44,341 nt of DNA from Welwitschia mirabilis. Lineage: Eukaryota. Positions within the stretch are counted from its first letter, which is position 1. Every line of letters starts with the position of its first letter. Under the pieces are notes generated by a model. It made no database searches. It saw only the letters and a program-made list of their open reading frames with translations, and was not told the DNA's origin. The stretch is from positions 3,491,563 through 3,535,903 of the forward strand of contig JBOZIK010000001.1 in assembly GCA_051453625.1 (NCBI GenBank). Direction: 5' to 3'. This document shows positions 1-11,077 of the stretch, in pieces. A program made the position numbers and the translations under genes.

Positions 1-1826
1 ATGCTTGAGCTAAACTACTAGAATAAAGATACATGAATTTAATTAAAGACTCTTGCTCTCTTTGAAGTCATTATGCTAATCTTAAAGCTATGTCCCATTA
101 CTAGCTCTCTTATACATTTTTAATTACTTATATTTATTTTTATTATACTTGCTTTTTTAATAGTTCACTACATCTATCCCTATCGAAGAATGACACTAAA
201 TCTATATCATAAATGGAAGTCCTATCCTTATTGGTAAGTGTTGGGTTTGGTCATGCAAGATTTGTATTTCTAGGAAGATCCTGCATATTATCATACATTA
301 ATAATAAATATAAGCATAGTTGGATTTTACCATGAATAGATTTTTAAACTTTGTTGTTGAAAATAATAGCATGATAGATATAATTGGACATATATAAAAT
401 TTACATTTATATCCCTTTTTACCTATTTTTCTTTTTAGTTTTTTAATTCTTTTTATTTTTCTTTTCTTTTTATAGTACTCCCTTTCTAGGGCCATTATTT
501 TTTCTTTTTCTTTTTCCTTTTTTCCTCACCAATGGATTGGTGTTAATCAAAAATAAAAATAAAAAAAGAAAGAAGAATAAAAGAAAAATAATTTACCAAA
601 TTAGGTTACCTATAATACTATATTAAATTTTTTTGGAGGGGCTGGTCTTTTATATGTTTGAAGGAAAGATAATAAGAAAAATAATAAAAAATATATTTTT
701 GCTCTCCATCTCTCTCTCTACCCTTTTTCTATCTTTTCTTCCCTTCTCTATGGCAAGTGAATTCTTTAGCAGGTACTTGAGATTACTTTGAAAAAGGCCA
801 TCATCAATAAAAGTTCAGGAAGGTGCTTTAATATATGAATTTTTCATTCTTGCATTATTATTTTTTACATTGCATTTTCATAGTAGTTTTTACATTCTTG
901 TATTATTTCTTTCTAACACTAATTTCTAGTTTAAACCTATCAATCGATATTGACAATGTATCTTCTTAAACTATCAGTCATTCTAAGACCTATATAAAAA
1001 TCTTTGACTAGACCTATTTTATGTTAAACAACTAAGACTGCTATCTTATGTCACTGGCACTACTGATCTTTTGCAATAAAACACTTCCATCTTTTGTGAG
1101 TCAGATGTTTGTAACCCTTTGAAATCTTTATAGTCATGTGCATCCAAAAACTAAACTTTGATCAATTATTTTTCTTATATTAATAGAATTAGTAAGGTAT
1201 CTCTGATGATAGACTCCACTGAATCTCTTAACATGGACTACAGTGCTTACTCTTTTATTTAAAATCACAAAATTCATGTTCCATTTACTTCTTAAAATAA
1301 TCAAACTGTAAGGCATCACCTTCAAGTTTAATAATTAGACTCCCCTTTGTGCATTATTCAATCTCTTTAAGCATCTACATGAAACTTTAATACCCCTTTA
1401 CATTTACTTCCATGAATTTGAGCCTAAAGATCCTTCCTTTTACTAAGAGAATTTTGAGCATTTACCTTCTACTAGCTCTTGTAATCCTTATTCTTCATTT
1501 TTTCATGAACATCCATTATTTTATTATTCTTCTTTTGATTAGTATTCTTTACCTAATCGCTTCAAATTCCTTGGAAAGCAAACTTCATAAGTTCATAGAA
1601 GTACGATGTCGTATCAACATTATACAACATTTCAACTAGAAATTTCTTTCACTTTGTAAATACTTGAATAAAATATGTAATAATTAAATCAAAGCTTTTT
1701 ACATATCTAAAACCTAATCATGAGAATTTTGAATGAAGTAATGATAATAAAATAAATGAAATTCAAACCAGTTCTTCTTCTCATGATAACTTTAAGAACT
1801 CTTCTTCATGTAAACTAGAGTCAACC

Positions 1827-2683
1827 ATGAGTTGTAAGGATAAGCCTATTATTAAGTTAAAACCATTACCCAATAGCCTTAAATATTCTTTCCTTAGAGA
1901 AAATTCAAATTATCCTATAGTGATTAGCTCAATCTTATCTCTCACCCAAGAGGATGTCTTACTCAACCTTTTGAAGAAACACAAGCACCCTATAGGTTGG
2001 ATCTTATCAGACATTCGGGGTATTAATCCTAATATTTACACAAATCATATTTATCTCAAGAATAATGCTAAAATAAGCATCAAACCCTAACTTAACTTGT
2101 TGTTAAAAGAAGGTATGAAAAATAAGGTAATTAAACTTTTATATAATGGTATTAATTATTATATCTCTAATAGAAAATCAGTGAGTACAATTTATAGTAA
2201 CCAAAAATGAAGGAGTTACACTAGTATGTAATGAGAACAACAAACTTATCCCTACTAGGCTTACTGTGAAGTGAATAATATACAAAGATTATAGGAAACT
2301 TAATGCTTTAGCCAAGAAGGACCTTTTTCCTTTACCATTTTCTAATTAAATAGTTGAGAAATTAGCTGATTACCCTTTCTACTACTTCTTGGATTACTAT
2401 TTAGATCAAAATTGCCATTGAAGATCTAGAGAAAATTACTTTTACTTGTCCCTATGAAACTTTTACGTATAAACAAATGCTTCCACCAACTACCTTCCAA
2501 CATTGTATGCTTAGCATTTTTCTTGACCTTTTAGAAACTTGTGTTGAAATACTTATGGATGATTTTTAATTATATAAAACCTATTTTGAGCATTATCTTA
2601 CAAATTTTAAGCTTGTTCTTATTAGATGTACTAATAAACATATAGTTTTAAAGTGGGAAAAATGCCACTTCATGGTGAATAGA
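1827..2683 (+). mobile_element. Degenerate Athila-type Ty3/gypsy pol fragment (pre-RT linker and reverse transcriptase), cut off by an LTR insertion at 2684
   Basis: The ORF track gives KLKPLPNSLKYSFLRENSNYPIVISS...KHKHPIGWILSDIRGINP, matching the Athila ELKPLPxHLKYAFL...IGWTxxDIKGISP linker. Manual translation continues NENNKLIPTR, DYRKLNALAKKDLFPLPF, KITFTCPYETF, TFQHCMLSIF, CVEILMDDF and LKWEKCHFMV, with stops and frameshifts. Confidence 0.9.
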
Positions 2684-2898
2684 TGTAGTGGTAATTTTCC
2701 TTTATTACACATACAACATTTCATTTTACCCTAAGTGAATCTCATTCCCTTTTACCCAATACCTTTTAAATGTCTTTTCATTCCCTTTAGTTTCATTAGT
2801 TTAAATATTTCCCTTATGATACTATCATAAATCCCTCTTCTCCACTTCTTAGGCCATACTCCATCTTACTTCTAAACAAAAAAATCTATTATTCCATA
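2684..2898 (+). repeat. LTR start (copy 1) of an element inserted into the Athila RT
   Basis: Begins TGTAGTGGTAATT immediately after the KCHFMVNR codons. It aligns over about 215 bp with 5636-5853. The 3' boundary is unresolved. Confidence 0.8.
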
Positions 2899-5635
2899 TT
2901 CTTAAAGTATAATAAGATATTTTATTACATATCCAATAGCCATTCATCCTTCTTGGTCATCATAACAACCATCTCCTCGTACATAGAAAGGTATATTTTG
3001 GCATTTCACAAGGTATATATAGAATCATAAGGTTGCATCTTTAATGTCTTTAGAAAATGTTTTGTTGGCAATGAGAAGAGGACATGGGTTATAGTTTTAA
3101 AATAATATAGGCAAAAAAACCCTTGGCCCCATAACAATGTTCCATAATACTTTAATTCTTATTTTCCAAGACCTTACACTAAACAAAAAGTGGTGGATGA
3201 TCAAGAATCCTAAGGCCTTCATGTAGCCTTACCATCTGAATAATTTCCAATACTCTATCAAAAGCATATAAATGCATCTATAGGTTCCATTTCTATTCAT
3301 AGAATATTCTTACACATCTCAGTTATAGTAATCATTTAATTTGGTTTGCCTAGATTTTTTTCTAGATACTTGTATACTAGCGTATTTAATACATGAAAAA
3401 AAATAAAAGAAAAGAAATCTAGCATGGCATTAACACATGTTATAGATTTTGATTATGGATCTTATCACAAGAATTTACAAGAAACAACCTCAAAGCATAT
3501 TTAATATTATTATTATCACCACTCTTCTGATTTAGCTTTAGACACAACTTCTAGGAGTTTATACTTGATGTAGTAACTATTTGAGAAACTAGTGTAGGTA
3601 GGATTTGGATGGTTTATGATAGTATTGCCAAATCAACATGTTTATGCCTAGGTGATGAATGTGATTCCTGTGAGCAAGAATAAATTGCCTATAATTTATG
3701 ATTAGGAACCCATTAAAAGATGTCACTCATAAGACACACTTATTCACTGAAAATCATCAAGGCTAACATCAATAGTTTCATGTGTTTTGTCTAATCTGTT
3801 ACTAGTCTTACATCATCATCACCCAAAATATAGCATCTCTCTTTCTCTAATACTTACAATGACCACAACATCATTGTTTCCAAATAGCCTTTGTTACCAC
3901 TTCCAAATTCATAGTCTATATGACAGATGATATTTCCACCTCAATAAAAGCTTCTTCAAAATAGTCCTTTAAAGAATGAAATGGACAATCTCCAAAGTAA
4001 AAACCAAAAGATAATCACCTAAAAGATTGAGAATATTTCACAAAGATTAGTGGTGTTCAAGGAATCCCTATTTCTAGTGTGCAAGTAAAGAGCTTTTATT
4101 TATTGTGAGCTATTATGCAGTGGATCCTAAGATTGTTGTGAGAAAGGTTTCTAGATGAATAAAATATCTTAGAAGAAGACATGATGACCTGAGTATGAAT
4201 CCTGCACAAAAATCCTGAGATTGTTGTAAGAAACAATAGTTGAGAATGTATTAATAATTATCTTCATACGCTTAGCATGAGATAAGAAATTCAGTAAGAA
4301 GAATACCTCTTAATTGAAAGGTAAATTATCCTTTCACATTTACCTAAGTGACTCCTTAGTAGGGTTACTTGGTTATGTAATTTCTTTATTTGACTTTCTA
4401 TTCATTTGGCATTATGTTAAACTATATTTGAGTCTTTATGAAAGTAGTTTTTTACTTTAGGACATTTATAGTGATTAGATTAGATTTCATCCAGACATTT
4501 CCATGTCTATGATACATGATGTCTTATGTAGTTCTATTCTAGTATCAATTATGTCAAACTTGATGCTTGTTTTTAGTAGTGAATCTTGTAATTTACCATT
4601 CCAATGAGTAATTAATGTTTTAAAAAATTGTTAAAAATAAAAAGAAAAAGAAAATTCAAGTTAATTAGTAAAATTTCAATATAATACATTAAAAAAGAGA
4701 AATTCATGATGTTCTATCACAAGCACACTAAGGTAAATATTCTCAAGATAGGCCTTTGACAATGCAATATGGTAACTCTGAGAGCTCCACTAGAGTTTCA
4801 GTTGGTCATGAACTAGCTTTGGCTTGTGGATCCTTATACTTTTGGTAGTGGTTGCACACCCATGATCATGATAGTTGGTGTTTTCTAAAAATTCCATTAA
4901 CTTGATTTTCCATTTGAAGCTACATATTCATAAGCATTTAGAACATATTGATTATTGGATGGTAAGTTAGTAAGGTATTACTTGCTTTTGTAACCGATAA
5001 CTGAATTAACTTACAGTCTTGACATTATATTAATACTTCACAAAATGATCATAGACATTATCATAAACACTGCCCTTAATGCATAACACTCCATAATGTT
5101 TAGCATTAAACCATCTGTTAATGACATCGAATAACTTTATAATTCATACTAATGGAGCTTGTTAAGTTAACATTTACAAGTGTAGAATTCAATCTTTCTC
5201 ATGCTCATGTTTGTCCATTTCACCTAGTCTTTATTTAGTATACATAATTAATTATCTCAAGGTCATCTCTACATTTACTCATACTATATCCCAAACTAAC
5301 TCCACTTTGTATTTAACTTGTTAATTTTTGATATCCAACTCCTTTTCACTATGTAGTTATTTTAATTCATTTTCATTTCACTCAATCAAATCCATCTCTT
5401 TACCATTTCTCTTGTTGCCCATGATGTATTTGCCATTTTGGTCATATTCACATCTAAACCTTCTTCATATCACACCTTCACTATTTTTTTAGTTAACATC
5501 TCATCATTTTAATTTTTACTATCACAGTGAAATAACTTGGACATTTGAAAACATGGAAAGGGATGCATGTTTATCTCCTATTATTATGTTTTTGATGTAA
5601 GATTTATCTTTAACTTTACATCAAAAGGGGGCAAT

Positions 5636-5853
5636 TGTAGTGGTAATTTGCCTTTACCATGCACACAACATATTATTTTACCCGAAGTAAATCTCATTCC
5701 CTTTTATCTAGTACTTTTCAAATGTCTTTTTATCCCCTTTAGTTTCATTAGTTTAAAGAATGTAATTTTATAATATTGTCATAAATTCCTCTTCTCCACT
5801 TTTGAGGTCATATTTCATCCTACTTCTTTTAAAAAAAATCCTATTATTTCATA
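5636..5853 (+). repeat. LTR start (copy 2, 3' LTR), preceded by a polypurine tract
   Basis: Direct repeat of 2684-2898. It is preceded by AAAAGGGGGCAAT (5623-5635), a PPT resembling the Ogre/Tat junction ...AAAGAGGGGGCAAATGTAG. Confidence 0.8.
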
Positions 5854-6059
5854 ACATGAAAAAAATGTCTCTTTAAAAGTTGAAATTCAAAATTATTTAG
5901 TAGATTGGAGAATTGAATCAGATCTATGCTTATAAAAAAACAGAGATAGCTCAAGCCCTACAAATAGAACTGAGTTTAATTTGTAGGTTGACATGTAAAA
6001 AAAGCATTTGAACCACACTAAACAGGAGCAATAAAATCACGTCAAAGTTTTTGTCATAG

Positions 6060-6700
6060 TCTTCATGTGGCAAAAGGAATGGGGACGGCCTTGAGGACCA
6101 AATCAGCTAGGCATGATGTGCTACTAAATCATGATCAAACTTGGAAAGCCTTTAAAGTTGCAAGATGGGATTCTTATGTTCTAATCCTAATAGACCATGA
6201 TCCAAATCTTTCAAAGGAGTTCTTCAAAAACTAGAATGAGAGATTTACATACATAGGTAACACTATCATTTTTATTAATAATTCTTCTATTAGTGATGCT
6301 ATCTGCACAAGTCCTCTGGGTATTAAGCTCAAAAGGGATACTCCTCAAGCATCCATAATTCTACAGTTTAAAAGATTAATAGGGAAAAGTTTGCACAAGA
6401 GAGAAGGAAGCTATAGAAGAAAAGATCTTCCAAGGCCTTTTGATTTTTGGACTGCTTTGATCATGAAATACTTCATCTTGAAAGGCCACTTTGACAAAGG
6501 AAATAAACTTCACTTCCATTTTCTGACTCCCATAATGGAGGAATTTCAAATAGATCTCCCTTATTTTCTCTCAAATTTTCTCCAATACTCTCTCCAAGGT
6601 TGAAATGTAAGACATAAAGGGTTGATTTCGCTTCTTCACCAAAGGAAAATGTAGATAGATGATGGAATTTTAGTTTGGTACAACTTTTCAAGGGGACTTA
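6060..6700 (+). pseudogene. Decayed reading frame resembling accessory (extra) ORFs of plant LTR retrotransposons
   Basis: Near-continuous frame WKAFKVARWDSYVLILIDHDPNLSKEFFKN ... RKDLPRPFDFWTALIMKYFILKGHFDKGNKLHFHFLTPIMEEFQIDLPYFLSNFL. The resemblance is from memory and was not checked by a search. Confidence 0.4.
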
Positions 6701-8019
6701 TTCAAAAGCTGTTATGGTAGGAGTTTTTCAAATACAACCAGAGTGACAAATGTGGCCTCTCTGTACCTATTGAGCACACTGATGACATGTTATAAGATCA
6801 ACAATATCAATTTGATATGTAGGAAACCAAACAACCTTAGTAGAAAGAAGAAGTGGAAGAAAAGGAAACTAAACCCATTACTGCCATTGTGCTTGCTCAA
6901 ATTTTTACCCCTAAATTTTCTCCTAATGAATACTATTTTATTGTAAACTCATTAGGGTATGCTAATTTAGAGTCTATACCTAATTAGAATTGGAAACCAA
7001 TGTTGACTAAATTATATGTTAATGTATGAGGCTTTGATTGCCAATGTGATTTTGATAGATCTTGGAATAATAGCTTTCAAGCTACATTGTATATCCTTCT
7101 ATATTATATCCTTTTACATTAGATCTTAATATAATCTATTTATCTTTACTCAAAAAAATCTCTCAAGTAGTTTTCAATATACTAATTAAAAGAAAAGAAT
7201 CATGAGGTTGCAAAAAATGGAAAATGGAAGTATGATTATTAAAATTTAAAAAAAAAATCAAATTATAATCTCACACCATTCTGTAACTCATTAAGTTGTT
7301 TTAAATACAAATATGAGCAGTAAAAATAAACATTGATTTTTTCCTCAAAAAATGAAGACTTAATCCCTTAAGAATATCAATCATTAATGATGTATAACTT
7401 AATAAAAATAAATGATCTATTTGTTTTTTAAGTACAATAGGCATCTTCATTTATGCTTTACTAAACTTTCAATTTCAAAATTCTTCTAAAGTAAAAAAAT
7501 TTACATCATAAAAATGATTAACCAACTTATTAAAATATCTACGTTTTCATTTTCAAGGACAAATGTTATAATATATCTCATACTATCTTATAAAAAATTG
7601 AGATTATGTGCAAATGAAGACAAAAATCCATACATGTTCATGGACCATTGAGAACGTAACTAATAATAAGAATTTAATTAGAAATTAGGCTTAATTATTT
7701 AAGCATTTAAATTTTTCTAATTGCCTATAGAACTTTGTAGAACTACTAGATTGTATTTTTTAGAATCCCTAAATTATAAAGTCTTTATGGAGTTAAACTT
7801 GAAGAAGAATCAATGGTTTTTTTATTCTTTGAATACAGTGCTTACATTTTCTTTAAATAAAATGTGATATTTTTTCATTTTTTTGTTAAAAGATATTTTA
7901 CATATTCTTGTAATTAATTTAGCTGTGCTTATGATTTTTAAAGTAAAACCATTATTAGTTTTCTTTTTCTTTTTCTTTATTAGATTACCAACTAAATTTT
8001 GAATATTTTTTAAGAATAT

Positions 8020-8265
8020 CATTGAGATGTGAATCATATGCTTGAAATCCATTTGTTCTATTTCATAAATATTGTATAATTCTTTAAGATCTAATTCATA
8101 CAAACAGACACACTAGTATAAGGTGTCAACCCAATGTCATAGACTAGTAAGGAATTCAATGAATAATTGGAAAATTGATTCATTTAAAGAATAATTTTTT
8201 TAGGAATTTTCTATTAAATAAATGAAATTAAAAGAATAATGTAATGATGTATGTAATGCAATAAA
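8020..8265 (-). repeat. Diverged fragment of the same LTR family as 13457-14600 (3' end of an Athila-type LTR), interrupted at about 8266 by a Sirevirus LTR
   Basis: ACACACTAGTATAAGGTGTCAACCCAATGTCATAGACTAGTAAGGAATT...TTGGAAAATTGATTCA (from 8108) aligns with ACACACTCATATAGGGACTCATCCCAAACGTCATACTCTAGAAAGGAATT...TTGGAAAATTGCTTCA (from 13542). Confidence 0.65.
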
Positions 8266-9765
8266 TGTGATGATTGATTAAACTCAGAGGAGAGGAGTGA
8301 ATGAATTTCATCAAATAAAATTTAAACTAATAAGAAAATGAAAATGCATAATATTAATACATCTTACTGAGATAATGCGGTTCCCCAACTTGGGTACGTT
8401 TATACATAAAGGGTAGCTTCTAATCATGCCTTCGGATATTTATGACCTACAAGAAATAGTGGCTTTCTGGTGCATCATCAACCTTATAACAAATAAGAGT
8501 CTTCTTATAAGGTAGCATTCTCTCCTCCTCAATGAAATAGTGATTTTCACAGGTACATCATAAACCTTTACAATAATCAGAGTCTCCTCATAAGGCAGTA
8601 CTCTCTTTCTTTTACAAGGAAATAATGATTTCCTAATACACCGGTAAACTTACATCAAATAAGTGACTAAAAGATCAATATTAAATGCACACCCCTACAA
8701 GGGTTGCCTTACAATGTATTTGATATTCAAGAAGTGAACTTTATAATAATATTTAATAATAAGATAGTCCACAATGTAAACCAAAAGTACAATACAACAA
8801 TAAGCCTGATGGTATTACTTTGATGAAGATTTAAGCTCCTTAATGTTATTATTATTACAAGTGTGAATGAAGAATATAGCAATAAATATCCAAAAGAGAA
8901 TAATGATAGGAATGCTAGCTCCTTTGTAATGATGCCTTAATTCTTCATGAGAAGTGCCTTTTACTCATGTAAGCTTTCTTTTGATCTGATTGTTGAGAGC
9001 CAAGAATTATCTATATTTTTTATTAATCAATGAAGTGCTGAAAGTTCTCTTTTATTTTGTGATATTAATGCTTTCTAAGGATGAGGAAGATCTAATCATT
9101 TTAGCTTAAAATATAGTCATTAAATTTCATAACCACCATGTAGCAAATAGCCAACATCTATGCTTCAAGTGCGTAACTTCGGTTTTAATCAACATGAACC
9201 TTGGTCTGAGATGTCTTCACTTTTATAGAATTCTACTCATAATCAAACATATTTACTTTGTATATGTTTTAGTCAACCTGCCTAGGTCTTAATAAAGTTT
9301 TCTTTGTAATATCCTTGAACCTTCATGATCATGAATTCGTGATGTATAAGTCCATAGCTCATCTGAAATGTAAGATATTAGTTAAAAACCAAATTAACTC
9401 TATTTTCTATTTTACCTTAGTATAGATATCTTTAAATATGTAGACATATTCATCTGTGTTAGGTTCAATTTTCAACTTATTCATCTTAAATATAGTAGTC
9501 ATCTTTTAGTTTATGATTTAAACTTCAATACATATAAGATGTCTTTAACTTTCTATACATATTTACTTAACACATCTTCAATTTCTTAAACATCTTCAAT
9601 TAATTAATTTTGTAGTTTAGCATCTGATCCTTTTTGTAAAATATTATTTTTAAAGATCCATCATGATCTAGTATCTATTAAGGTCTAATGTTTCTACTGT
9701 AAACTCTCTACATAATGACATAAAATGTTTGATAAGTAGAATCATCGAAACTGGATTTTCCAACA
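8266..9765 (-). repeat. Sirevirus (SIRE/Maximus copia)-type 3' LTR, about 1.5 kb
   Basis: On the plus strand, CAGAGGAGAGGAGTGAAT near 8285 is the complement of the C-rich SIRE LTR terminus. CAACA|ATCTCCCTTGTTTTAATGATGTCCAAAAC at 9761-9794 is the SIRE PPT/LTR junction. The sequence is homologous to 42876-44164. Confidence 0.8.
8453..8660. repeat. About 2.5 tandem copies of an 81-85 bp unit inside the SIRE LTR
   Basis: Units start with GAAATAGTG or GAAATAATG at 8453, 8534 and 8619. The first two contain ...AACCTT...AGAGTCT(T/C)CT(T/C)ATAAGG(T/C)AG(CAT/TAC)TCTC. Confidence 0.8.
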
Positions 9766-10977
9766 ATCTCCCTTGTTTTAATGATGTCCAAAACTTAGCA
9801 AATCTCATTATTACAATCTCAACTTAATCAATTTAATTTAGGCTTTTTTTTATACTAGATAAATGCATATAGTCACTAGTTGCAATAATTATGCTATCCA
9901 CTACTTGAAATAAGATGAAAGAAATATAGACACATACCACTTGAAGAATCAAAGTAAGACACATTTTCAAATCATTTGAGCAAATAGCTAAATACATAAA
10001 AGGGGATGATGAATCATGATGTTTGCCATTCAAATATGCATGAAATAGTGAAGCAAGAAAAAGTTATAATCTCTTAATTGAAATATACTAATGATAATGT
10101 GCCATATTTTAGAGCATGAAATTGAATTGTATGTCAATATTATATAATTAAGAATGTGCTCATGAAAATGATAATCAATAAACATAAAAGTGAGAAGAAG
10201 GTGGGAAAGTGCTATCATCATATAAATGCATTTTAATCACCAAATAATTAGAGTATTACATATTTAAAAGTGTACCAACAAAAGAATAATATTAAAAACA
10301 TGAAATATGCTAAACATAAGACATGTATTAATAATCTAGAATAATATAAAATATCAAATAGCATGAATATATGCCAAAAAATCAAAGATGTATTATTAAT
10401 ATAAATGATGATACCCATGGATCTAATCTAAAATCTCATAATCAAGAACTTTAAGACTGATTTTCTAATAATTTGCCACATACTTCTCTCCCTTTTAGAC
10501 ATCAGAAAAAGGCTCGAGTCACTGAGAGCTAAATCACTCACCTTCTTTATCTTTGTCGCCATTATCATGGGTGGTAGAGATTGGCTGGGTATTTGATGAT
10601 GAGGAGGTAGAAGGTGGAGTATGCCTCTTCTTAAAGGGATAGTATGATTTCATGCCTAGGCCCTTAAAGATTTGTCTCCTTATACATTGATACATTTAAG
10701 GAGTGATAAAAGTTTTAAAGAAACTGATAGTGATGGTCTTTATAAATAATGATGGTAACTTTACAAATGAGGATGGTTCTACCTAGATTGGTTTTATATG
10801 AAAAGGAAGTGGTGATGGTGGATGAAATGAAGGTGGTAAAGGTACATGTGATGGTAATGGTGGCTGTGTAGAATAGAAGAATGGAATCTTAGGATGATAA
10901 TAACAAAAGATAAGAGGAAATGCATTAACGCTCTCAAACTCTATCTCCCACTGTGTCGTCCTCTGCCATGAAGGACC
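9766..10977 (-). mobile_element. Sirevirus pre-LTR region with an extra PPT and the 3' end of a proline-rich env-like ORF, truncated by an assembly gap
   Basis: A second PPT-like motif, CTTCTCTCCCTTTTAGACATCAGAAAAAGG, lies at about 10483-10512. The minus frame ends ...HDNGDKDKEGE* at about 10535, resembling the SIRE env-like DDAKKGE end. A Pro-rich stretch, PPLPSHVPLPPSFHPPSPLP, lies upstream. Confidence 0.65.
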
Positions 10978-11077
10978 NNNNNNNNNNNNNNNNNNNNNNN
11001 NNNNNNNNNNNNNNNNNNNNNNNNNNNNNNNNNNNNNNNNNNNNNNNNNNNNNNNNNNNNNNNNNNNNNNNNNNNNN
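10978..11077. other. Assembly gap (100 N) followed by a (CT)n microsatellite at 11078-11095
   Basis: Seen directly in the sequence. Confidence 0.99.

Larger units (their letters stand above)
2684..5853 (+). mobile_element. Non-autonomous LTR retroelement (Ogre/Tat-like PPT) with no recognisable gag/pol
   Basis: Two TG-initiated direct repeats with a PPT before the second copy. No retroviral motifs were recognised in the 2.7 kb interior, and no TSD was found. Confidence 0.6.

Noticed and set aside
900..1640. Possible gypsy gag relic on the minus strand (YKLEGDAL...)
   Set aside because: Too decayed to support with ordered motifs.
5895..6000. RIESD...SPTNRTE as a continuation of the interrupted Athila RT
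   Set aside because: Weak similarity, the GIVLGH motif is missing, and there is no TSD at the junction.
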